64,000 bases of DNA. Source: TPA_inf: Saccharomyces (lineage: Eukaryota). The translations under genes and the position numbers were made by a program. Every line of letters starts with the position of its first letter. Position 1 is the first letter of the stretch. Shown here in pieces: positions 12,474 through 22,937 of this stretch. Under the pieces are notes generated by a model. That model saw nothing but the letters and a program-made list of their open reading frames with translations, had not been told where the DNA came from and did no database searches. The stretch covers positions 480,001-544,000 of the forward strand of contig BK006941.2 of NCBI GenBank assembly GCA_000146045.2. Direction: 5' to 3'.

Positions 12474-14174
12474 CTAACGTATTTGATTAAATGCGTCAAA
12501 TATTAACGAATTTGGCTGTACCTTCGCTTTTGGTTTATCAAAAAGTTTCCAATATCGCAATGTTTCATCTCCAGCCCCAGAAACCACCGTGGTTCCATCA
12601 TTGGATAACGTTAAATGCAGAACCCTGAAACTATGACCTTTCAGAATTGCAATTGGATCCATAGAGTTACAGTCCCACAAGGTTAAGTTATATTTTGAGT
12701 AACCATGTGATGTCACAAGCTCGTTAGTATTCTTTGACCATACCATATTACATATTTGAGAGCCGCTATCTATATCACTCATCTTTATTGACGTATTAAC
12801 GTTCCAGATTTTTAGTCTTCTATCTGCTGTACCACCACCGGTAGCTAGCACACCTCGTTTATGAGGAGACCAGGCCATTGCCTTAACAGCAGCCTTATGT
12901 TCGTCAAACGTCAAGATTGGAGATTTCGACGTTCCTTCGTAAACATGGACGACGTTATCGTTACCACCTGAGGCAAGTTTGTTGTCCGCTACATTCCACT
13001 TTAGGCCACAGACTTCCTGAGTGTGCGATTCTATAGTTTCAAAAAAGGGATCTGGCATCCTAACATCCCTATGCAGTATTCGATGATCTCTACTCCCAGA
13101 CGTCAAAACATGATTATTCCAAGATAAACACGCTACTCTGTCAATATGTCCCGACAACGTCCTAATACATTTTCTTTTCATTACGTCATAAATTTCTACA
13201 AGTCCATTTGCTTGACCTACTGCCAGATGAGAGCCTGCTCCAATCCAGCTTAAGCTTGTGTATTCGTTTTCCGTGTCGCATAAGTGAACAACGTCGCCAG
13301 TGTTATTATCGGTTAAAAAAATCGATTTTCCAAGAGCAACTGCCAAAACATCAGTACTTGACCAATCTATCAAGCTGTAGTAAAAATCGTCTGCTAATGA
13401 TGGGGCATCTAAAACTCTATAGGGAACTTTAGCTATTTGTCTAAATTGCTTCCCCGGTGATAATAGGAGCTGTTTGGAATCCGGCCTAACTGGCGACATG
13501 GAATCAAAAAATTGAGATTGTAACAAAGAGGCCGCAGATAGTCTTCTACCTTTACGTTGTTGATAAGTCAACAGGCTGGCGCCCCTAACTGAGTTGCTTG
13601 AGGGTCTCGTGATTTCATCTTGCTGTGATGTAAAAAGACGTCGAGGAGTGACTGGCGTGGAATGTGGCGAAAATTCCTCTAAACCAGCAGCTTCAGGAGG
13701 TGGAGTTGATACTCGTTCCAGTTCATAACCATGTCTAGTTGTATTTTCTGCGTGCACATTGCCTCTAGTAGATGGTCTCGTATTCTTAATGCGATCTATA
13801 CTGCTCTCTGAGCCTACCGTATCCTTGCTTAGCATCTCGCCAAAAAGCTCATTCTTCAGCAAAGTATTATAAGTTTCATGTGCCTGTCTTTCCTTTTGGT
13901 ATTCTACTTGATCTTCCGTACTCGATGGATTAAGGGCTGGAACGCTTGCCATACTACTGATGGAAACGATGGAATTGAAATCTATATCTGTTCGGGAAGG
14001 AATATACCTATCACCATATACTGTAGACGGCCTCGATCGCCTGGAGGGAGATGATAATAGTGAGGCGGACGAAGAACTAGATATTGGCCTTTTCGATACC
14101 CTCTTACTTTCAGAACCCTTGAGTGGGGAGGAGGAAGGCGTATTATTCATGAATGGGTTCAGGTTTGTGGACAT
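12474..14174 (-). CDS. CDH1: APC/C activator Cdh1/Hct1 (WD40), 566 aa
   Basis: Open frame 12474..14255. The annotated protein begins MSTNLNPFMNNTPSS..., the Met 27 codons into the ORF. It has a C-box (DRYIPSR), WD40 repeats and a C-terminal IR tail (...FNQIR). Confidence 0.9.
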   Translation of the reverse strand: MSTNLNPFMNNTPSSSPLKGSESKRVSKRPISSSSSASLLSSPSRRSRPSTVYGDRYIPSRTDIDFNSIVSISSMASVPALNPSSTEDQVEYQKERQAHETYNTLLKNELFGEMLSKDTVGSESSIDRIKNTRPSTRGNVHAENTTRHGYELERVSTPPPEAAGLEEFSPHSTPVTPRRLFTSQQDEITRPSSNSVRGASLLTYQQRKGRRLSAASLLQSQFFDSMSPVRPDSKQLLLSPGKQFRQIAKVPYRVLDAPSLADDFYYSLIDWSSTDVLAVALGKSIFLTDNNTGDVVHLCDTENEYTSLSWIGAGSHLAVGQANGLVEIYDVMKRKCIRTLSGHIDRVACLSWNNHVLTSGSRDHRILHRDVRMPDPFFETIESHTQEVCGLKWNVADNKLASGGNDNVVHVYEGTSKSPILTFDEHKAAVKAMAWSPHKRGVLATGGGTADRRLKIWNVNTSIKMSDIDSGSQICNMVWSKNTNELVTSHGYSKYNLTLWDCNSMDPIAILKGHSFRVLHLTLSNDGTTVVSGAGDETLRYWKLFDKPKAKVQPNSLIFDAFNQIR

Positions 14175-14516
14175 GCAACTAAATTTAGGATGAAGACTAG
14201 AAGGAAGGGTGACAAAAATCGGAGTTAGAGGATGAACCAAGTTTGAGATGGCCAAGTCTAAGGTATTGTAAATCCATGAGGTTCTTCTTCATCGCAATAT
14301 TAATGCTAGAAGCGGTGCAAAAAACCATTTTGTGTGGGATAAAAAAACGTCGTGGAATTAGAAACTCGTTCTTCGGGTAAGAAACCAATATCGACACAAC
14401 AAGATATGGGGTGTATAGTTAAAATCTCTACTGATAGACTTTATTGGTGAGGTTGTGAACAGATTGTTGGCGCTTTCTTCCTTATCGCCTCAATCTGAAA
14501 GGATCTAGATTTGCCA

Positions 14517-15167
14517 ATGTTATCACACTACATCTTCCTGGCATTCGTTTTATTGCCATTCAGAGTTTCCGCGTTTTACTTCTATGGTTATGGTGGAGAC
14601 AGAAAATGCTTCCTGAAGGAACTATCCAAAGACACCCTTTTAAAAGGTTCTTACAATTTGGAAGTTTACGATGATAAGTTGGCAGATTATGCGCTTCCCA
14701 GTTATAATGACTATGGCATTGTCATAGATGTGGAAGAAGTCTTTGATAATAATCATAGGGTAGTCCACCAACAGGGCTCTCCTTCCGGTGACTTCAGCTT
14801 TCTAGCTTTGGAATCTGGAGAATATAAGATCTGTTTACAGTCTAGGGTAAATAACTGGGTAGGGAAAACCAAAACAAAGTTAGAAATCGAATTTGAAGTC
14901 GGTTTTGAAGCAATGTTGGACATGCAAAGAAAAGAAACCTTGGAAAGTTTGCACGGAAAAGTCAGTATATTGAATTCTAAGATCGTGGATATCAGGAGAG
15001 AGCAACAACTGATGAGAGAACGTGAAGAATCCTTTAGAGACATATCAGAGTCTGTGAATTCTCGCGCAATGTGGTGGACGGTAACTCAAGTTACTCTTCT
15101 CATTATAATTTGTGTATGGCAAATGAAAAGTTTACGCTCGTTTTTTGTTAAGCAGAAAGTATTATGA
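14517..15167 (+). CDS. ERP6: p24-family cargo receptor (emp24/GOLD domain), 216 aa
   Basis: Signal peptide, GOLD-domain core, C-terminal TM segment and a short cytosolic tail (…[16 protein letters not shown]). It matches Erp6 (YGL002W). The start is taken at the third codon's Met. Confidence 0.8.
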
Positions 15168-15452
15168 CCGTACATATCAAAAAATTGAATCCTTAGCAGG
15201 CATACATGAGAATTTCGTTGTTTCAATGATTTATTTCTATTTATTTACATGCATTACCCCGACGCTTCATAGTGTAGTCATTAAATGAGTGTATACATAT
15301 ATATACTAACCTAGTCATCAAGATGTTTTAGGTGTTTCAATTCTTATTATTCATCTATAAAGACAGAATAAATATATACGGTGCGTATCAGATATGCTAT
15401 TTCAACATACTATCTTTCGATAATCGGATCAAAAAGCTCCTAACGATTGCCA

Positions 15453-16502
15453 TTACAAACCTTCGTCCATCCAGGCCAACGTTTTGTTAATTCCTTCTTC
15501 AATACCAACTCTTGGTGTGTAGCCTAGCAACTTTTTGGCCTTAGCAATGTTGTGATAACGGTATGCACACACAATCTTGACTCTGAATGGAGTCAAACCT
15601 GGCTCTTTACCCAGCATCTTGGATACCCATTCTGAAAGATAACCTGCACAAATTGCAACTGGCCTTTTCAAAACAATAACATGTTTATCAATATGACCAT
15701 CTGCCTTCCACACAGTACGGGCCAAGGCCCAAAAATAGGTGGGGGTATCATTGGTAATGAAAAAAGTTTCACCCGAGACAGCAGTTCTTGTTTTTGGATC
15801 GAGAAGTTTCTGTGCAGCTAACACATGCGCGTCAGCAACATTTCCAGCATAAGTCCAATCAAATAGATTGTTATTATCACCAATTTGGAACTTCGACTGC
15901 CCCAATTTCGCAACCTGTCTTAGACCAGGTACTAATTGCCTATCACCTGGGCCAAAAATACCAGCTGGACGAAGAGCAACAGTATAGAAATCACTGCTTG
16001 GATCATTCGCCTTCAAGACCATATCTTCGGCGATAGCTTTAGTCTCATTGTACGCATCCATAGGAACTTCTGGGATTGGCCAGGTTTCGTCTGCATTGTG
16101 CACATCTTGCCCATTAAAAATAACACCAGCAGAGGAAGTATATACAAGTATATTAACGCCACATTTCTTGCACATATCTATCACGTTACGGGTTCCCTTA
16201 ACATTCACTATGTCATAAATATCTGGATTTTGACCATGCATTGGAGAAGCACAATGAACAACAACATTTGCTTTACTTTCGTTAATTGCGTTTTCCATAT
16301 CATCAGGTGATGTTAAATCACCCTTATGAAATTTTATGTCGTCTACATTAAAAGTAAACTGTTTTGAAAGTTTTTCAGGGAGATCTCTAACATCAAAAAT
16401 GTGGATGTCTGGCTTAGGATTAATATCAAAAAATTGCTGAATTAAGTGCAATCCAAGAAAACCAGAACCACCGATAATTAAAACTGAATCTATCTTTGAC
16501 AT
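15453..16502 (-). CDS. ERG26: C-3 sterol dehydrogenase / C-4 decarboxylase (3-beta-HSD family), 349 aa
   Basis: Rossmann motif IIGGSGFLG directly after the Met at 16502, and 3-beta-hydroxysteroid dehydrogenase family similarity throughout. The ORF track's 12-codon upstream extension is probably not used. Confidence 0.88.
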   Translation of the reverse strand: MSKIDSVLIIGGSGFLGLHLIQQFFDINPKPDIHIFDVRDLPEKLSKQFTFNVDDIKFHKGDLTSPDDMENAINESKANVVVHCASPMHGQNPDIYDIVNVKGTRNVIDMCKKCGVNILVYTSSAGVIFNGQDVHNADETWPIPEVPMDAYNETKAIAEDMVLKANDPSSDFYTVALRPAGIFGPGDRQLVPGLRQVAKLGQSKFQIGDNNNLFDWTYAGNVADAHVLAAQKLLDPKTRTAVSGETFFITNDTPTYFWALARTVWKADGHIDKHVIVLKRPVAICAGYLSEWVSKMLGKEPGLTPFRVKIVCAYRYHNIAKAKKLLGYTPRVGIEEGINKTLAWMDEGL

Positions 16503-16920
16503 ATTTATTTTTGTTTGCCCTTCCAGGTAGAGTTGCAAATAAAATTGGACAAAATTGACAATCTATATTGTTGTCTATTCTATTTTATAGCTGCAGCATA
16601 ATCTTTTCCTTGCAGGCTTATATGAGATTTTTAAACGATACCATTTCTCGAGAGAACAATAAACGATCTATAGGGACTATCGGACCGAGAAATATAAAAT
16701 CCACAAACACCGACAATAAAATAGCCTCTAAAAAAAAAAAAAGGTCCTGGAGAAAGCAATATTCATACCGCATTAACTTTCATTGAACCGAAGATCTACA
16801 AATATCCTTTCCTTGCATTATAATTATCCAATACTTTGTCGTCAATATTCTTTCAAAGAAAGAAAAAATATGAAATCAAAATTAAACATTTTTCTGTAAT
16901 TTCCGTAATACAAAAAACTA

Positions 16921-17038
16921 TTTTCTTTTCGGAAGGCAAAAACAAAAATTATAATAAAAATAAAAATATGTATAATATAATTTTTATCTTCTAACTTTTT
17001 ATTTATTGAATTTTTATATAGTAAATATAACACGTGAT
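16921..17038 (-). other. CEN7: Point centromere CEN7: CDEI (17031-17038, ATCACGTG on minus strand), CDEII (about 85 bp, >90% A+T, 16946-17030), CDEIII (16921-16945, TGTTTTTGCCTTCCGAAAAGAAAA on minus strand)
   Basis: Exact CDEI consensus RTCACRTG. The CDEIII core TTCCGAA has the invariant CCG. The spacing is about 85 bp and almost pure A/T, as required for budding-yeast centromeres. It lies between ERG26 (YGL001C) and YGR001C as expected. Confidence 0.9.
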
Positions 17039-17132
17039 ATATTTGAAATGTGATTATATTATATATATTGATGTTTACATATTTTTTATGTAGTACAATT
17101 AATTTTCAAATTTATCGAAGCTCTTAAAAAGC

Positions 17133-18034
17133 TCAAGAAGCAAATTTCCATGAACTACATTCAAAATTTGCGTAGCACCTAAATTCGTTACTCAAACCAT
17201 TAGAATGTTCAGGAAGAAAAGTTGTTATTCTTGTGTCAGAATAAACTTTGGATATGACTTCAGACATTCTTTCACCAGTACAACTTATGAGGCGGTGCTT
17301 AAAAACTCCTTTCTTAGTTTTAGAGTTGTCATTTGGCGCTAATAAACACTTTGCAGTGATAGAGGCTATTTTATATCAATGAATAACAGTTAGTAAGATG
17401 AAAAGATACTGGAAAAAAGATTAAAAAATGAGTAGGGATATGTTTATGATATACATACACTTTGTTTGACAATCTTCATTTAAAAAAGGTGGGTCAATTA
17501 ACAATCTATCAACTTTTCCTTTAATTTCATCACTGAAGTCCAGTGGTTTATTGTAATCATAAAAAAAGAAATGATCTCTTCCAGCTAACAACTCGAATCT
17601 CTTATCAAATTCGAACAAGTAGATATGTTCGGTTGGAATTTCATTAGTAGGTTTCTTTTGAATGGCAGCATAGACGGATGGCGCACTAACTATTGCAATT
17701 ACAGTGTTTTCGTCCGCACCTTCCAATATGGCATCTGCTAAAATTGCGGCTGTGTCATCGCTGTACCAAAACTGGGAAAGCTGCCAATCTTCCTTGAAAA
17801 GCTTCATCCCTTCTTCTTTTTTTTTCTTTTGGAAGTCTTCATCCGTTTCGTCGTAAAGCTTTTGAAAGGCTTCTTGATGTTGTTGTTCCTCTCTTTTGAA
17901 TTCTTCAAGGGCAGCGAGGGCATTAGCAGAAAGTGTCCTATTAAGTTTCGTGTTAGTTAGTAATTCTACGTTACTGTGTTGAAAATATCCTGTACTTACA
18001 ATTCATAATCGGAGTCGGAGTCGGAGTCGGACAT
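17133..18034 (-). CDS. EFM5: Lysine methyltransferase EFM5/YGR001C, 248 aa, three exons: 18000-18034, 17459-17937, 17133-17365 (introns 17938-17999 and 17366-17458)
   Basis: Intron 1 has GTAAGT at 17999-17994, TACTAAC, and 3' AG at 17939-17938. Intron 2 has GTATGT at 17458-17453, TACTAAC (plus-strand gttagta at 17389-17395), and 3' AG at 17367-17366. The spliced frame is continuous: MSDSDSDSDYEL|TLSANALAALEEF...QKKKKEEGMKLFKEDWQ...DCQTK|SITAKCLLAPNDNSKTKKG...SSWKFAS. The total of 747 nt gives 248 aa. Confidence 0.8.
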
Positions 18035-18475
18035 TTTATCAGTGATTCTTTCGGTTTCATTAAGATGTAAAGTGACTGATTAGTATATTAGTCAAGATTA
18101 ATATTTTTTTTTTTAGTTCCTCCAGTTCAAAAAAATTTTGTTAGATTTAACCGGCATAAGGTTCAGCGATACAGACGAAAAAAGAAGCCTCTAAATGAAT
18201 GGGAAATTATATATACATGTATATTATGCAGTTGATATTCTATGAGATGACAATACTAAACTATATACCTATATACATTGCCCATCTTGGATTTTGCTGC
18301 CTTACAGATGACAATATAAGTTATTTAGAGATTGAGGGTTACTAGTGCATAATATTTGCGTGATTTCCGAAAGTACCTCTGAAGGTCCCATGTTGTACAC
18401 CAAATATTATAAAACAGTCTATTTTACGCAAAAATTTTAATCACATACGTGCTAGCAAAAAGCATTTTCTGATGT

Positions 18476-19906
18476 TCACTTGGTGATTGACATACCAGCT
18501 TCGTATTTGTCAACGTGTTTTTTTAAATCGATAAGCGTATTGATTTTTTTCAAAAGCTCCTCTTGTCTTTCCATTACATCAAATGAGGGCATCACAGGGC
18601 GAGAAGGTAACGATAATTCTTGAAGAATGGCGAGAATTTTGTTCTGCAGCGCAGGTTTGAAGGTCGATAATTTTGTAGATCTTAAGTATACACCCGGCGA
18701 TAGCTTCTCACCATGCGTAATCACACCTAAAGCCTTCCTTTCATCTGAATTGAAATCTTTCAGCAATTGTTCTGCATATGCGCTTTCTGACTTTCTTTTG
18801 AGCGCCGTTTGCATTTCCTGTCTTTGTCTTTTGGTTTTCTTGGGGGAGAGATTTTCCTTGACTTCTGACTTTTTTACATTCAGTTGTTGAAGTTGCCTAT
18901 GTTGGGCAAACTGCTGTTGCTGCTTCATCCAAGGATTTTCAGGGATGTTCAAATCGTGCTTCCGCTTTCTAGTTTTATCTGCTAGAAGCGCGTTATATAA
19001 CTGAGACATTCCCTGAGAGGTAAGGTATTGTGTAATTGTCTGATCTGAATGTGGCGAGTCCAACAGTCGGAGTAATGATTCTCTTTCTGCAAGTGTTCTC
19101 TTGGCAGCCATTTCAAATTTTTTGGACTCTACTACGAGTGCCTCTTCTTCAGCAATTTCTGCTGCAGAACGAGAAAGAAGACGCTGTAAATACTTTTTTC
19201 TCTCTATCTCCTTTTCAGCTGAAAAATTCAAAGAAGATAAAAGCGGATTGCTAGGATCACTTGCTTTAAAATAATTCCTACAGGTGTAATAAAATTTTTC
19301 TTTGAGATCTTCAAGTGTTCTTGAATTATTATAACTGTATCTGTCAAAGATCAGGAACCAACGTAAATCGTATTTTTTGCAGAGATTGAACAGGTATTCT
19401 ATTTCTTCAAAAGACCAGCTATTTTTACTTTCATCCTTCTTTTCATTAGTAAAGTTTTCGTTATGGTTTTTTTCACTTTCTACGCTTTTTTGAGTTCCTT
19501 CGTTTTCATTCATAAAAGCCTCGTACTCCTCCTTGGTGAATGATGGAATAGATAAATGCTGATTGAACTTAGAATATGGCGATTCTTTTGGTGTGTCTCC
19601 TATTAATTCTTTGGAACCCTTGACCCAATGACGCAGAGTCACAGAGTTATTAGCTTTGAACTCTACAAATGACCAAGGAGATGGCTTGGACGTCGAAAGC
19701 ATTTTTTCTTTAAAGTTATTTCCAGACTTAATAACAACGGGGGGTTGGTTCTCTCCTAGCAGGTTAAATAGTTCTCTTTGCATGCCCGTCACTTGAGGCT
19801 TGGGCCGGTTGGCTGCCGAGGACGAAGGCACTGATACCTGGCCATTAGTTGGACTTCTGGATTTTTGCTTAATGTTTAGTACATCAAAGATGTCTGATGA
19901 TGACAT
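18476..19906 (-). CDS. SWC4: SWR1/NuA4 complex subunit (SANT/Myb-like), 476 aa
   Basis: 476-aa ORF recognised as Swc4/Eaf2 (YGR002C), with a SANT-like region (WSFEEIEYLFNLCKKYDLRWFLIFDRY). Confidence 0.85.
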   Translation of the reverse strand: MSSSDIFDVLNIKQKSRSPTNGQVSVPSSSAANRPKPQVTGMQRELFNLLGENQPPVVIKSGNNFKEKMLSTSKPSPWSFVEFKANNSVTLRHWVKGSKELIGDTPKESPYSKFNQHLSIPSFTKEEYEAFMNENEGTQKSVESEKNHNENFTNEKKDESKNSWSFEEIEYLFNLCKKYDLRWFLIFDRYSYNNSRTLEDLKEKFYYTCRNYFKASDPSNPLLSSLNFSAEKEIERKKYLQRLLSRSAAEIAEEEALVVESKKFEMAAKRTLAERESLLRLLDSPHSDQTITQYLTSQGMSQLYNALLADKTRKRKHDLNIPENPWMKQQQQFAQHRQLQQLNVKKSEVKENLSPKKTKRQRQEMQTALKRKSESAYAEQLLKDFNSDERKALGVITHGEKLSPGVYLRSTKLSTFKPALQNKILAILQELSLPSRPVMPSFDVMERQEELLKKINTLIDLKKHVDKYEAGMSITK

Positions 19907-20131
19907 ATTACCTGTGGTTTTTTTACTAAATTTTCGTATTATCGGAGAAATATGTTATGAATGCTTGTTGCTATTAAAATACAAAGTGGATTCTTGATTT
20001 ATCACTAAATAGCTACCCGGAGTTGGCGCATCGCAACTTCATTAAATAAGTTCGAGTGTGCGTATTCTAATCTGATTCATATAAAGTATACTCTAAACGG
20101 GCTAACTCAAATCTGAAATTAGGGCTACTAT

Positions 20132-22366
20132 ATGATAACTAATAAGAAAATAAAGATAAGTGTCCCAGAAAAACTCGGTTTGTCAGAAGAATCTTTTGAG
20201 GAATCCTGGGAAACAGTTAAATATGCCATTGATCATATATACAGCGATGACATGGCCGACCTTTCCTTCGAACAAGTGTACAAGACCATTTATACTATCG
20301 TTTTAAATAAAAAGGGGCCAATACTTTATAACAGATTGAAAGATTATTTAATCCAAAAATTAGCGCTTTTGAGGGAAACGATAGTCAAGGACAATACTCA
20401 TGATTATGAGTTTCTTGGAACTATGGCACGGTTATGGGAGGTGCAATGCCATTGTTTTAAAATAACGGGAGACTTAATGATGTATATGGACAAAGTTTAT
20501 TGCAAACCAAATAGATGCATGGAGGTATACGACATGTGCCTCGATCTTTTCCGAATCGAAATATTGCAAAAATGCTCATCTTCTCTCATCTCAGCACTGA
20601 TATCTGATATAGAAAGGATTCGTAATTTAGGATCTGTCGACTCCGAACATACTAGTTTGTGGAAAGTACTAATAGGAATGATGGAGACATTACATGACAA
20701 TAGAGATAGTTTTTTCTTAACCGATTTTGAGCCGGTTTTGATTAGCGCGACAGAAGAATACTACAATAAAGCTATTGATATTGAATTATTAACGCCAATT
20801 GAGAGCCTGGAAAAGATTAGGAAGTTAAGGCAGTTTGAAAGTATGCTAGACTCCTCTTTTCTAAATGTGGATTCTCATAATAAGTTGAAGACTGTATTAG
20901 AAAATGTCCTTATATGGGGAAAGTTGAGTGATATTATTGAAGATCTAACGCACGAAGCAATGGTAATTTCAAATGGAAAGCTACTCCAAGAAATTTATGA
21001 CTTGTCAAGCGAGGAAAAATATCGCGTTACTGTCATTGAATCTATTAAATCTTACATCAATAAAAATGCCATAAATATTCCTTTTAATGAAGGTAACCGC
21101 AAAAAAGGGCAGAATGCGATTACTTGGTCTTCGGAAATTGTAGAGCTATATCGCAGTCAACACTCGTTTTTGGAAAGTATTGATTTTGGTTCTGTTCGTC
21201 TTAATAATTTGACCGGGGATGTATCTAATGCAATACTTGGCGATGTTTTCTCAATGTATTTCTCTAAAGAAGGAGCATTACCATCTGAGTATCTTTCTAC
21301 CTACGTGGACCATTGTATGAAACGAACCAAGGAAAAAGATGCTGAAATAGTGAAGATCAAGCAAGATTTGCTTGATAGTACCAAATTAATCGGACTCCTA
21401 ACTGAGAAGGATATATTTGAAAAGATTTACAAAAAACAACTCTCCAGAAGATTACTGCAGCAGAGGTCTTTAGTGGAAATTGAAAAATGGATGGTGCAAA
21501 TGATAAAGAAGGTTCTAGGAACTTTTTTTACCTCAAAATTGGAGATAATGCTGCGAGATATATCTTTATCCTCTGAAATGTATCAAGCATTCCAACACTC
21601 AACAATCAACAGCATAGAATATTTGAGTTTTGCACCACAAGTTTTGACGAGAACGAGCTGGCCCTTTCAGAGTACTAATCCAATTGATGAAGGTATTTCA
21701 CTACCTCCTAGAATGTCACAAATTTTAGCTGGCTTTGAGGGCTATTACAGCTTAAAATACAAAGAAAGAGTGCTAAAGTGGGCTCATCATCTAAGTGTAA
21801 TTGAAATTGGCTGCCAATTTAATAGCGGTTACTACGAAATAAGTTTTTCTGTTTACGCTGGAGTGATTTTCCTTCTATTTGAAGATTATGAAGAATTAAC
21901 GTTGGGGGAAATATATGAACTAACTCATATTCCCATAGATGACGTTAAGTCTCTTGTAATGTCAATGTCGACAATACCCAGATGTAAGATTTTGAAAAAA
22001 TCATCCAGTTCAGGAAATATGAAATTTTCAGTTAATTATTTCTTTTCTTCTCCAAACAGGAAAGTGAAAGTGCCGGTTATTGCATGCCCTCTACCATCTC
22101 AGAAATCAGATAATTTGGCAACCGCAAGTTCCGTGGACACTTATGATAATGAAATTGTTATGGAGCTTAGTGCTATTATTGTTCGTATCATGAAAACAGA
22201 AGGTAAGCTAAGCCATCAGCAATTACTTGAAAGAACTACGAAACGGACACAGTCTCGGCTCAGTCTTACACCGAGCATTTTGAAACGAAGCATTCAGCTT
22301 TTAATAGAGAAAGAATACATCCAGAGAAACGCAGATGACCCCTCTTATTACCATTACCTTTCCTAA
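20132..22366 (+). CDS. CUL3: Cullin 3, 744 aa
   Basis: Cullin-homology domain and a C-terminal neddylation-region winged helix (…IVRIMKTEGKLSHQQLLE…). It matches YGR003W. Confidence 0.88.
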   Translation: MITNKKIKISVPEKLGLSEESFEESWETVKYAIDHIYSDDMADLSFEQVYKTIYTIVLNKKGPILYNRLKDYLIQKLALLRETIVKDNTHDYEFLGTMARLWEVQCHCFKITGDLMMYMDKVYCKPNRCMEVYDMCLDLFRIEILQKCSSSLISALISDIERIRNLGSVDSEHTSLWKVLIGMMETLHDNRDSFFLTDFEPVLISATEEYYNKAIDIELLTPIESLEKIRKLRQFESMLDSSFLNVDSHNKLKTVLENVLIWGKLSDIIEDLTHEAMVISNGKLLQEIYDLSSEEKYRVTVIESIKSYINKNAINIPFNEGNRKKGQNAITWSSEIVELYRSQHSFLESIDFGSVRLNNLTGDVSNAILGDVFSMYFSKEGALPSEYLSTYVDHCMKRTKEKDAEIVKIKQDLLDSTKLIGLLTEKDIFEKIYKKQLSRRLLQQRSLVEIEKWMVQMIKKVLGTFFTSKLEIMLRDISLSSEMYQAFQHSTINSIEYLSFAPQVLTRTSWPFQSTNPIDEGISLPPRMSQILAGFEGYYSLKYKERVLKWAHHLSVIEIGCQFNSGYYEISFSVYAGVIFLLFEDYEELTLGEIYELTHIPIDDVKSLVMSMSTIPRCKILKKSSSSGNMKFSVNYFFSSPNRKVKVPVIACPLPSQKSDNLATASSVDTYDNEIVMELSAIIVRIMKTEGKLSHQQLLERTTKRTQSRLSLTPSILKRSIQLLIEKEYIQRNADDPSYYHYLS

Positions 22367-22937
22367 TTGCTTATAATGAAAATCACAGGTATAAGGTTTG
22401 CAGAATGCCAACAGTATATATAGATGGCAGTTCCTATCCGGCTGCCAGAGCGAACAATATTAAGAGGATATGCGTCGATACTAATTGAATGTTCATCCTG
22501 CATTCCTTAGTGAAACTTTCAAAATATATAATAACATAGTTATGGTAGACTATATATCCCAGTCAAACTTGAATGTAATGTGGAGTGGGTAATCGATATC
22601 TCTTGAAGTTTATTATGCCTCATTATATTTTTATAAAAAACTTCTAGGAATTTGTTGAGTCAAATAATTTCTTTCTTAATCATTAAGTAAGTTAAAGTTA
22701 CGAGCCTTTCAGACCTGCGTAGCACTGCTTCAAAGGAACTATTATCAATAGCAGCGCCTTGCTCTTTTTTTTTTTTCAGATGCTTAGCGGCCGTATTTCA
22801 CTTTTCCTGGTAGAAAAATATATGTTGAAATTTACGGTATAAGAGAAGCTCACCAAAATTATTATCAATAAAGCGGCACTTTTAAATTTGGTATTCTTCC
22901 CTGGTTGTCAAGCCTTGGTTTCCCTTTATTTGATAGT

